From NCBI GenBank assembly GCA_002104905.1, contig MCFE01000259.1, positions 46,919-110,918 on the forward strand: a stretch of 64,000 nucleotides of DNA, in the 5' to 3' direction. The stretch is from Basidiobolus meristosporus CBS 931.73 (lineage: Eukaryota; Fungi; Basidiobolomycota). The position numbers and the translations under genes are program-made. The notes beneath the pieces were generated by a model. It saw only the letters and a program-made list of their open reading frames with translations, was not told the DNA's origin and ran no database searches. Shown piece by piece: positions 1 through 11,580 of this stretch (the first letter of the stretch is position 1; every line of letters starts with the position of its first letter).

Positions 1-371
1 TTTACTGAAATCTGACCGATCGATAGGCTTGCATATACCATGTGATGTTTTCTTAATTCGTCAAATTTGTGAGCCGAGTGACTCATCATTCAGCCCGCAA
101 AGTATGTATTTACATAAGGAGAGAAAGGAGAGAGCATAGAGCAACATTATACATGATTCATCAGCATTTTGGTTACCGCAATGATTGTAGAACAGCCTTC
201 TCCAATACCCCGGATTGAACCCCGTGACCATTGCTGACCAAAATAAGGGGTTATGCCTTTGCAATAAAACAGGCCAATGCATTTGATATATAGTGTCAAG
301 TGATGGTTTAACAACCAATCTAATACACCATCAAGTTGGTGGTTAGTGGTTACTACCTCCTTTCTCAAATA

Positions 372-2694
372 ATGCCAAAATCAAATACTCAGGGAGAGTT
401 AAATTCAAGAAGTGTAGCCTCAAAGTGGAATACTAGGTATTCTTCAAGCGGCCGTCAAAGTAGAAAGGAAGAATTCGTAAAACGAAGAAAGAACTCGGTA
501 TCTGTAACGGATATCCCCCAAAATAAGCTAGATAGACGACTTGGACACAGAAACAATTTCAACGAAAAGTCTCGCGGACAATTTGGTACGAGGCGCTTTA
601 ACAGCCTTTCCAAAGAGGAGAGATTTGATTCAAATGAGAAATCAAACCTTGCATCACAACAACACAAGACCATAGGAACAAACTGTCGTTCTCGAGCCTC
701 ATACAACGTAAGGCGTCACAGATTTAGAAGTAGTACCCCACCATACGGGCCTAGTGTAAATACAGAACGCTCTTCCCCCTCTACTACTGTCTCTTATGGA
801 GAATGCGAACACAACAGTAAAAAGCGCAAGCGTACGGAGACGCCAGTGAAGAAGCCTGTTGTTGGGCATGTCCTTCCGCCTTGGTTGAAGACTGAAAGCA
901 CCTTGAGCGGAGACAATTATGAAATGTACCTTCATTCGGCACTAATTACAACATACAGTTCCCTAACAGCTTAGCTTTATAGGCTTCATCAAGAAATCCA
1001 ACATTTCGTGGAGTACATATCACCTTCCCCAGAGGAGCATGAAATGAGATTCATGGTTTACAAAAGTATTGAGCAGGTAGTTCAATCTCTCTGGCCAGAA
1101 GCGAAAGTTCGTCTATTTGGGAGCTATGATACTCAACTTTACCTTCCTACGAGGTTAGTGCACCAGAAATCCCAATTACTAATCGTTCAAAATAATCATT
1201 CCATACTGCAGCGATATAGACGTAGTAATATTTTTGCCAGATTTGGTATCCAACAACAAGCGGTATCTTTATTTGCTAGCACAAACACTGGAAACATCTG
1301 GAGTGGCAACTAAAATCCGTGTTGTGGCTAAAGCTCGCGTAAGACTGCACTCAACAATATAAGGTGTCAAGAGTTCGGGACAATTAACTTTACTTGTAGG
1401 TCCCAATTATCAAACTCCAAGAAGCAGTTTCCAGATATCAAGTAGATATCAGCTTCAATGTTGAAAATGGGGTTCAAAGTGTTCCAATCATAAAAGAAAT
1501 GGTTCTAAAGAGCCCGGCCGTAAGGCCTTTGGTGCTTCTATTAAAACAATTTCTGCTGCTACGTGGTCTGAATGAAGTGTACAACGGCGGATTGGGTTCC
1601 TATTCCATTTTGCTGATAGTTGTGAATTTTCTTCAAGTGAGCTTCCATTTAGCACTAGTAGGCGGATAATCACTGATGAGGCCTTGTATATTCCAGCTAC
1701 ACCCCAAATTATCCACTGGACAGGTTGATCCTGAAAAAGACCTTGGGCGGCTACTTGTTGATCTGTTTTTTCTCTACGGGAAAAAGTTCAACTACATGCA
1801 AGACGGGATATGCGTTGAAGGCGAAGGCTCATATTTCAACAAAGTAAGAATCTCTGATGTCTAACCCCTCTCAACAAGTAGAATTATTCTGAACAGATAG
1901 ACAAATAGGCAGAGAAAGGTTGGTCCAACTCAAAGGATCCTGGGTTGCTTTCCATTCAAGACCCTCAAGATCCGAATAACGATGTCTCTAAAGGATCCTT
2001 CGAAATCATGCGTGTCAAGCAAGCTTTCTCGAGCGCCTATGACTCGCTTACTTCGCTCTTATCTAGCCAAACTGTATCGGAGCGTAGTCAGGATAATAAC
2101 GAGAGAGGGAATGTACCTCGAAAACAAGCCTCCTCGATCCTCGATATAGTGATTGCCATCTCCCCTGGAGCAATCCAAAACCGATTCCATGTGGCGACGG
2201 AATATCAAAGACACACCCTTCAAAATAATCTCAAACTTCAATCTACTAAAGAACTACAAGTTGAGTTGGCCGAAGTGTTGCGAAAAGCGGGAATCAGCTC
2301 AACATCAATATCAGATAAACTTGGGCCGCTTCCGCCTCAATTCGACTCAATTACTCTAGGACTTCTGGACCAAAACGGCAGTCAATATGACGTTCATGAG
2401 CACGACTTTTATAACTTCTATGGACCTCCTCACCTATCAGTCCCACCATTTTATCAAGCCAATGTGTATCCTCAATCTATCCGGAATATGAACGTTCACG
2501 CCACAGGGATACCAAATGTTGGGATGAACATGGGCAGAGGATTCGGTATGGGCATGGGTATGCCAGAGTACCATCCGCATAGTGCATATTCCAACCATTT
2601 CCCACCGTTTGGTCATGGTGCTCCTTTTGGTAGAGCAGGCGGTTTAGGCGGTACGCCGCCGCCCCCCTGGGGATCTCATTTCCAATGGTGGTAG
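372..2694 (+). CDS. TRF4: Non-canonical poly(A) RNA polymerase, Trf4/Trf5/Cid14/TENT4 family (TRAMP catalytic subunit-like); 6 exons: 372-925, 983-1153, 1212-1338, 1400-1636, 1697-1843, 1909-2694
   Basis: Splicing out five GT-AG introns (57-65 nt) gives one continuous frame with the Pol-beta NTase signature LFGSYDTQLYLPT|SDIDVVI, AKAR|VPIIK, YQVDISFN, LRGLNEVYNGGLGSYS and the PAP-associated motif LSIQDPQDPNNDVSKGSF. The symbol is family-level (TRF4/TRF5/cid14). The last acceptor (1908) is the least certain. Confidence 0.93.
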
Positions 2695-3565
2695 AATAAG
2701 TATAAACAATAGATTATTGATGCACTCTTAAAGAACAAGATGACACATTCTATGTGTTATTCACCTTTAGTGCTTACTTTTCTGGTGATAATATTTCCAC
2801 TTGTATGCTCAATATCTACCATGAATAAAAAACTCTTATGACTAAGATCCGATTAATAAGTGTTCGATGACTGCTTGAACCGAAGGAGCAAATACCTGCT
2901 TTCGAGAGCTCCCAAGCTATAAGAGTGGCGAGCTGATTAGTCTAACGCTCCATATATACTCGATTGGATTTTAAGCCGAGCACAACACGAATTAGGGTAT
3001 TATTCAAGGTATTCATAACAAATTGCCTCAGACGCATTCTATCAAACGCTGCCAAGAACTAATTTACTTTTATATGCATGCATTTATAGGCGTGATGATA
3101 TGATCACCACATGTGTAAGATCTTTATTGATGATAAATTCTGAAATGCCGTGTCCGTTGTTATTTGAGACTGGACTCTATCTACAGAAACCATAGGCATT
3201 CGGAGGGATTCGAGTTTTCATGTACAGACTGCTCTCTTGTGAAAATGCTGTGCAATCACCAGAAACAAATGCCGGGAACGCTTTTCTGAATCTGTTATAA
3301 TACGAAACGATGGATGCACTAGACTCCTGGTATTGGCATGACGATTTTAATGCTGACTATTGGCTGCGGCTACTTGAACCTGGAGTCGTAGTATTATTCG
3401 ACTTGTGTAAGTGACATCATTACCTAGAATATCGTCTCAATATGGATAGTCCACCGTACTGTTGATTGGTTGCGGCTTTTGGGTGGTCACTTTATAAGAT
3501 ACTGGACTTGGCAGCAGGATACTTATTTTCTGTATCCTTCTTTAACTCTCCACAAGCCAACCAAC

Positions 3566-4078
3566 ATGACACATTTCAGCGATAGAGATGTTTTCTTAAT
3601 GATAATTGGGTTTTTCCTCCCACCCTTCTCCGTGCTGATTAAACGTGGGTGCGGCGCGGACTTTCTCATTAACATTGGTCTCTCGATGTTGGGACATGTT
3701 CCTGGTAGGTAAACAGTATCGATACATGTAAAGTCTAGATAATTAACCCTATCATTTCAAGGTATTTTGCATTGTTGGTACCTTGTGTACAAATACAACG
3801 ATTATGCCCAATCTGATCTTGAGCGAGGCCAGCAACCCTATCAACCTCTCCCACAACAACCTGCGCAAAATCCTCCTCCACCAGCAAATCATCCCGATTC
3901 GAAGAAAGCACTTGCTCAGAACGATAAGCCCAAAGCCCTTCAAGGCAATAGCAACAATGAGGGAGGGCAGAGTTCATACGGCGCCGTAACGCAAAATGGC
4001 CAAGAAAGGCCACCAAGTTATAGTGCAGTCACAGCAGGTAACGGAAATTGCATTAATTCTGACGAAATCTTTTACTAA
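3566..4078 (+). CDS. Pmp3/Sna (UPF0057) family membrane proteolipid with an extended Q/P/N-rich tail and a PPSY motif; exons 3566-3704, 3762-4078
   Basis: The spliced product MTHFSDRDVFLMIIGFFLPPFSVLIKRGCGADFLINIGLSMLGHVP|GILHCWYLV matches the Pmp3 two-helix pattern; intron 3705-3761. A further short intron (4038-4080) that would extend the C-terminus is possible but unconfirmed. Confidence 0.88.
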
Positions 4079-6520
4079 AGCGTATTCCCAAGGCCTAGCT
4101 TCCGCGCCCTCTGGTCCAATAGATGGCTCTAAAACCGGTGCTGTCAATCAAGCCAATTGATGATAAGCAACAGCTGTTATTTTTACAAGTCCTTACTCTT
4201 TGCTCTGTATACATAAACTAAGAAGATCCTGACTACTTCGTTCTGGTCACACCGTACGGTCTGATCTGGCATTTCCAGAGATGTTTAATAGTATGTGATT
4301 ACATTGACATGGACCAGCTCACGCTTTTGATTGTTGATTTTCATGTTCCTAATGGTCATTAAGCCCCATCCCTACAGTAATATCTGTAGAGTAACGCATC
4401 AAGCTGACTGTCACAACTGTTTGTGGCATTGTAAAGGCTTCTCGATACATCAGATCCACACTCGACAGTAATTTAATGAAGTGCGTATTAATGTTTGGGA
4501 ATTTTCATCTGACAGCTGGAATTAAATTCAGCCAGAGTTTAACCGAGATGGCATTGGGTATTCCAGATAACTGTATACTGGTATAGATGAGATTTGCCAC
4601 GTAAGGGATTGAACTGAGGTCATGAACAGCTGAAAGAAACGTCTGGTGAGCTCACCATCTGGTGTACTGACATCTGGAGATATGCTCCGGCAAGCTGAAG
4701 CACTGATTATGTGGCGCCAGAACAAGCACCAGGTCACAAACTAAGCTGCGTCGTGATGCACACTACTTACACAAAGCAAAAGGATGGGATGGGATGATCT
4801 CGCCAAGAAAATGGAACTTTGGATTTACCCTTTCAATGGGAGGTCATTCTGGTCATGCCTGGGCTAACAGCTGAGAGTTACATAAAGTTTCATTGCAGAT
4901 TCCTCATCTCATATACAGGATGACTAATACCGTACACGATCAGATCATACACGGATCACACTGGGATTTTGTGCTTGGCATGTAGCGAATGAACGGGCGA
5001 CCTTCCTTAGCCACATTTAAATCCTGCCTGGTTAATGTTGATGATCACCAGTAAATGAATAATGTTGATAGTGAGATGATATCAACTTGCTACAGAACTA
5101 GTTGTCTGATTAAGGGAACACGGTAAAGGCTCCCTTGATACCGATGAGAGAAACGAGCAGCGGGATTTAGATGAGGTTTGGGGAACAGCATCTTGCACAA
5201 GCCACTCGACGCTCTGCCCAATGGATACTCAGAAGTGGGTGTAGTGCAGGATGTTGTATTTGGTTTATACTTAATGGATCGATAAGCCATGGCCTGGATA
5301 CCGAAAGGTAGTAACGGCCCTGGAAATAGCACTCTATGCAAGAATGCCCAGTCTCGGGGCATGGTGATTTTTTTGATTCGTAGACTTCATCCCCAGTCCT
5401 GGCCTAATGCCTCACAGGTCGACTTTTCCCGTGTACTGCGCAAGTACGTACCGACGCTGGCTTGAGCTGAGCTGGCACGAAACCCCATAGTGTCGTCAAG
5501 AACCCCTAATTACCAAGCTTCGGGCTCATCATACTCTGACTTCATATGACAGAGTCATGCCGCCACCATAATCAGAATCAGCCATCAACCTCGACTAAAA
5601 TGCTGGGGGTCCTGTGAGGAAGAACAGCACCAAACCCTTTCGACCCTGTTTTGAGTGACGATGATTGAGTGTCACTGACCTAGATTGTCTTGGCCATTCG
5701 TACTAAAGATCCCAGTCTAATCGGGGTTCTATGATGAACAATGATCAATCAACTGTACAACCAACAGAGACAGAATTAAGATACTCATCGGCTACCCGCC
5801 AAGATCCCTGGCTTCGAATTGACGAAGATTCGCACGTAACCAATTACTCAGCATTACCCAACGCAGGTGTACGTTACAGTAAAAATAAGGCACCCTAGAT
5901 CATACCTTACCATTCAATTTACACCAAATGCTCCCCAAGACCCCGATACAGGTTGCGAGAAATTTCAGATGGTTACGAAATGAGCATCATCTCTGGCGCC
6001 ACAGTATCATATCGATGCGCTCAAGACGTCGCTCTCCTCTTCCCACCTTCGACTCCACGGCGGTATCGGAAAAATCCAATCAGGTCTAGAGGCCCAATGA
6101 TTGGCATTGTTCGAGAGCCGACCGTTAAACTGCAATAGCTTAGTATCACGCCATTCCAGAGCTTTAGCAAAGCAAACCAGCACCTGCTGTGTGGAAAGCA
6201 CTACGGGACCATTCTATTTTTAGCCAAAACCCGGCTGGGGTATGTGATTGATGGGAAATAGACAGCTATACGATAAAGGATAAGATTTATTGTTACACGA
6301 GATGTGAGAAAAGGGTGATTACATATGGAATTATGCCATTAGAACTGTACAAATGTGAATAGCGGTTGCGTAATAAATAGGAAGTTACATGGAATACTGG
6401 AGGCTCACATTGTTTTTACACAGACGGTCAAAAATACACCTTCCCCGGTCGACGGCGTTAGAGTCAATGCGGTGGGAAGTATGGTTCAGGTGCGGCGGGG
6501 CGTTAGTTACGGTTATATAT

Positions 6521-6811
6521 TTACAGCTTTGTATAGGGGTCGAAGTCCTGCTCGCTAAGGCGGCGGCTGGAGAGGCGATCGATCGAGGCGCTGATTCGCG
6601 CGATATCCATCTGAAGTTCAAAATCAATGGAGGATTCAATGCACTGATTCTCGAGGACGTGCAATGAACTGTGCTGCACATATTGCTCGAACTCGGCAAC
6701 TGCCTCCTCGCAATCATGGGAGGCGTGGGGGCCGTGGCAAAATGGGCATTCGACTTGGTTTCCCTTGAGGGAGAGTCGCTTGTAAAGACGATGAACTGAT
6801 AAGCGAAGCAT
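6521..6811 (-). CDS. Uncharacterised 96-aa CX2CX3HX4C zinc-knuckle protein, paralog A (intronless)
   Basis: ATG in CCAAAATG context with TATAAAAG ~65 nt upstream; CPFCHGPHASHDC; gap-free 69-aa alignment with the ORFs at 8685-8975 and 11229-11580. Confidence 0.85.
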   Translation of the reverse strand: MLRLSVHRLYKRLSLKGNQVECPFCHGPHASHDCEEAVAEFEQYVQHSSLHVLENQCIESSIDFELQMDIARISASIDRLSSRRLSEQDFDPYTKL

Positions 6812-6873
6812 TTTGGCGGTGTCGATAAGCAGGGATCGATTGTCGAATGGCTTTAGTTAGGTGGCCTGCCCCT

Positions 6874-6881
6874 CTTTTATA
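6874..6881 (-). promoter_or_regulatory. TATA box of paralog A
   Basis: TATAAAAG on the minus strand followed by AGGGGCAGGCCACCT, a motif shared with the paralog B promoter. Confidence 0.65.
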
Positions 6882-8684
6882 CCAAGCGATTCCAAGATTC
6901 AACCTGGATGAGCCTGCCATGGCCACAGCCAGTAGCCGCCAGGTTCTAGTGATGCTCAGATCAGCAAAAATGATCTGTACCACCTGAGCAAATCGAGACA
7001 ATGCCGGTAATAATGAACATCTGAAACTGTACGAGATCTTGGGTACGAGCAATCTCAATAGATGTCACGATCCATTCGGCAAGCCAGAATTTCGCTGATT
7101 TGCAAGCCCATTTCCAAGCCTAGATTTAGTGGTGAACGAACGAACCAAACAGACAGTTTCCGATCTTCAGGCTCGGTGGCTGGTGAGAGGCTAATCTTAT
7201 TAGTCTTCACGGATCCAAGAACCAACGATGCTCTTGTGGGTGGTGTGAAGCTACCAGGCGCCTCCGAGTGAGCTGTCTCATGGACAATAAGCCACTGCAT
7301 CTATGTTTTCATAACATTGAGAAGGAATTCTGAAACAAGGTGTCTATGTTGTGTTCAGCTCGCTGTCGTCGTCCGGGCGGGTAGGAGGCTTCGGTGATTT
7401 GCGCAAGCTGAGCCTGATGTTACCTTTGTGGTTTAATTATTCTATTACCAGAAATTGGTTCTGTGAAGGTTGCATGTAGCCCTAGCAAGGTTTCAATACT
7501 TTGCCTAGCTGCGGGGTGCAGGGTAATACACATTCGTGAGATTGACCAACAGAGTTAGGTAAGCCGCGGTACACATATCCCAAGTGCTGTGGTGCTTCAC
7601 GGAGGATGGTACCCAATGGTTGGCGAGGATAGTGGATCCTACAGACTAGCAAGCCCGCCGTGATTAGCCACGGATACCGTCCACAAAGATATTGATCCTG
7701 GAGTGTGTGATTATATGGATCCAACTCCCATATATGATCCACACATCACTGCGCTTCATCGCTTTGTAATGGAAAATACGGGTTAAGCATATGTTTTGAT
7801 GCTTACGGCGATACGTGATGGAAATGGAAACTCTACCAGAAGGCTAGGAGTTGGCCAGCTGTGAGAATGCCAGTGCAGTGCACAAAAGCTACCGGTATCC
7901 ATCCAATGTTGTGGAATCGGAATTATTCATCAAGCCCAGATTCGCTGCCAAAAATTGCTTGACGGCGGAGCAATGGTCTAGAGCCTTTTCTGAGGTACGA
8001 ATCTGATGCTACCGTTTCTCTATAGTCTTACAGGTTTTGGAGATGGACTCCCTCTCCACAAAGGCCATCACATCGTAGGGCAATTGAGGCTTTCGCCGAG
8101 GCAGTTGATTCGTCCATTGTCGGGATTGTCCTAAGTGTTCTAATTTTCTATTTCGAGAGATTTATCCTACAAGTGTGGATGGAACAGTTGATAGGCTGAG
8201 TGGACATTACACGAATGATGAGTGATTATCACTCGGGCGCTAATTATTCGTTGTAATGGGAGACGGCGAAATCCATTTTAATCTAACGAAACCTGCTAGT
8301 ATTTCTGCTTCATTGGGTAGGCAGTGATTCTGGTTTTGGAGTGTGTGCCAAGGATGAATCCATGAGACTCGCTGATGACACTGCTACAATGTTGCGCCTC
8401 TCCATGATCATATCTCTTTTTCCGCTTGATATATAATATTTCAAGCCTCAACTGACGTGCTGACAACCTGGAGGATTTCTGTTCAACCGAATGCTAGTTT
8501 ATTACCCGACCGTGGGTTCGTTCGAAATACCCATCGAACTTAATGCTCGCCTGCACTGCACAAAAACAACCGACGTAAAGGGCATGAAGTACCGAGTTCA
8601 TAATGGCGAGTGTTCGCAGCCGACCCTCGCTGGAGTTTAGGGGAAGTGGCATAGTGCAACAAGCGTGTTACAACCTGGCGAGCC

Positions 8685-8975
8685 TCACTTGTACGGGATA
8701 AAGTCTTGTCCACATAGGCGCCAACTTGCCAGCCGGCTGATGTAGGTGTGAATACGTGCTAGATCTAATTTGAACTCAAGGCTAGGCGTGGACTCTGCAC
8801 ACTGGTCCGTTAGCACGTGGTACGAACAATGAGATACATACTGCTCCAACTCAGCGATGGCTTCCGCACACTCTTCAGCAGCATGCTTTCCTTGGCAGAA
8901 GTTGCATCTATTTTGCACGCCGGCTTTAGGCGAGGCCAATTTGAGGTTGCGACGGGTGAAATGAGGAAAGGCCAT
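8685..8975 (-). CDS. Uncharacterised 96-aa CX2CX3HX4C zinc-knuckle protein, paralog B (intronless)
   Basis: CCATCATGG start; CNFCQGKHAAEEC...EQYVSHCSYHVL...RLCGQDF aligns without gaps to paralogs A and C. Confidence 0.85.
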   Translation of the reverse strand: MAFPHFTRRNLKLASPKAGVQNRCNFCQGKHAAEECAEAIAELEQYVSHCSYHVLTDQCAESTPSLEFKLDLARIHTYISRLASWRLCGQDFIPYK

Positions 8976-9130
8976 GATGGACAGTTGGTTCGAAGAGAAC
9001 TTCGCCTTGACTAGGAATACAGGTGCTGGGTGAGCGATGGCTAGGGTGTTCCCACTGCTGAAAATCGAGCAACTGAATGCGGCCCACCAATGATGGAGAT
9101 ATTAACGAGAGCAAGTGGCCAGCCCCCTCG

Positions 9131-9138
9131 TTTTTATA
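9131..9138 (-). promoter_or_regulatory. TATA box of paralog B
   Basis: TATAAAAA on the minus strand followed by CGAGGGGGCTGGCCACTT, resembling the paralog A promoter. Confidence 0.6.
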
Positions 9139-11172
9139 ATGGGATATCGATATGATGTATTGCCTGGAAGCATGCCCAAGTTGGGGCTTCGTAAACTAGT
9201 TTAGTAATGTAGGAAATGATTAAGGAAGTCTTGAATCATAGAGCTTGGATTCGCATTTCGTCAGGAGATGCTACTTGGGTTTGTCTAACCACAGTGATGA
9301 TATGGATCAACTATCATAATATCTGCGAAGTGATGACTGCATATCCCTTGGTGTGATGCTGAATCAGCAGGATATGATTCTACTGACTTGGCTGGGATCC
9401 TTGCAACAAGGGAGCAAGGTCTGGCAATGCGGATTACATCATACGTATGGGCGGTGGACTGATTAAGGGTAAGTTCTATAAGTGAACATAGCCCCAGTGT
9501 TAGCTTGCATCTTTGATTGCCTCATCTTGATCGATCTTCTACATGGCTGAGTAGCCAAAGCCCTGCGATTCACTTCCAAGCTGCTAGGCGGTGAGGAATC
9601 TAACAGTAGGATACAGATAGCATTATGGAGGTTTGACAAATTAAAAGCGAATGCATAGCCATTCTTTTCCTGTTGAGATCGCTGGATTGGTATGCTCCTG
9701 CCATACCATCTCAGTTTGACTGTTCTCGCTCAGATCTCAGGTCATGCCATGATGAACTTGGTGGCATATCTTCCATCGCCTAGAAGCACAGCATGCCACA
9801 GTCCGGAGGGGACGGGTCTTGCATTAGCATAAGCTCAAATGAAATGGTTTCTATCCGCCCAATGCTGGTCCGTCATACTGGACAGACCATGCTTCTTGTG
9901 AGGCCAGGGTTCTAACTATGAAGTCTCTGTGCCCAGCATTCTGCAGATGAGCCTTATCCAGGTAAGTCTTGCGCCGTAGGAGCTATGTGGTGGCGGAACA
10001 TATATGCAGCAGTGAAGGAAAGACCCTTGCCTAGCGAAACATTAATACGTGCTGGGATAATGGATGCAGCCTTCCCACTGCTTGTAGGAGTTTCCTGCCA
10101 ACACCATGCCACATACATGTTGACTTGGAGGTAAGCATTCATGTGAGTTTCTCATGTTATGTGATATTCCGATCCACACGTAATAACGCCATTTACGTAA
10201 GTGTATAGACATATATTGACCAACTAGACTTAAATGGCTATTTGGCTGAGGATATCCGAAATCGATGGTGTGAGAATGGGCTGGTAGCAATCAAGACTAC
10301 AGTGATTGCGTCAATAGGTAAACCGGAAAACTGATGACAGGAGCCCGTGCATGGAGGTGATTCCCAAAGGCTAATCCAAACGGGCTCGCTTGCTTCTGTT
10401 TTGGAAGCGTGGGTTAGGCGTTGCCTCGTTGGTAGGGGATGATGGGGCCATGGCGAGTAGGTGCGATAAAACAGCTTGCTAATCAGACGGCGATCAGTGT
10501 TCGGCAATGTTTCTGTATCTCAGCTTCGCCTCTTGGGCACACGGCAGGGCTGATTACTGGAGAGTCGCAGGATTTTCTTCAGGTGCTTGAAACCTTACTT
10601 GAAGACGTCTGTGACGCCCCTTTGATTCACCAATGCGAATAGTGAATAAGGCCTAGGCAGGTTTCGTATCGGCTTTCATTAATTGTTCGGTTCGAGGTGT
10701 ATCTGATGCTTAGATTAAATCAGAAACCGATGTAGTAGAGTATTCTATCGGGATGTTCTGGTTTGATCGCTGATTCTCTGTATGTTGGCGATGCCGGAAT
10801 CCTCCGTCCGACCGAGTAATATGAGGACGGCAGGCGTGCGGATGTCTTATGAAACTCCGGCTTGGGTAGACGAATACGTAGGTATGAAAAATGGAATAGA
10901 TTACTGTTCGAGATAGGTTTGAGTTGTCAGTGCATTCATGATCCCATTAATGTATAAGATTTGTTCGAATTCATCAAATGCCTGTCACTTCTCATGCCTC
11001 TACCTCATTGACATGGTTTGGATGATATGGATGAAGGTTCGATATGCGCGATATCTCATATGCGTCTCGGACTGGGCTGGACTCCACTATAAACCAAACA
11101 TCCTGTTATTTCCGTATGGTGGGCCCGTGTTTCAGGGATATTGCAACGAGCTGAGGTTCCCCATGGATGGGT

Positions 11173-11180
11173 TATAAAAG
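11173..11180 (+). promoter_or_regulatory. TATA box of paralog C
   Basis: TATAAAAG ~50 nt upstream of the ATG at 11229. Confidence 0.6.
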
Positions 11181-11228
11181 CATGTTGGCTTGCCTCTACC
11201 TCTCCTATCAACCAAATCTTGCCTTATC

Positions 11229-11580
11229 ATGATATCCAGTTCTGTCCGTAGGCTTTCGAAAAAATTCAGTTTTAAAGTAAATGACCCTATCCCCGCTGAG
11301 GTGTGCGGCTTCTGCCAAGGGGATCATGAATCTTCGGAATGCGTCGAAGCTTTGTCTGAGCTCGAGCGCTATGTTATACATAATTCCGCGCATGTTCTGT
11401 CTGACCAACGGGTGGACTACTCGGAAAGCTGGGAGTTAAGCATGGATTTGACCAAGATCTGTTCCTCTCTATACCGCCTTTCATGCCGTCGTCTGGTAAA
11501 CCAGGTAAGCATCCAGATTTTCTTTGCCAACAAGGCCCATACTGACCACCCCCTCCCAGGACTTCACCTTCAAGCCTTAG
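11229..11580 (+). CDS. Uncharacterised 98-aa CX2CX3HX4C zinc-knuckle protein, paralog C; exons 11229-11504, 11560-11580
   Basis: CGFCQGDHESSEC. Removing a 55-nt phase-0 intron (GTAAGC...ACTGAC...CCCAG, 11505-11559) restores RRLVNQ|DFTFKP*, matching the QDF C-terminal motif of A and B. Confidence 0.85.
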
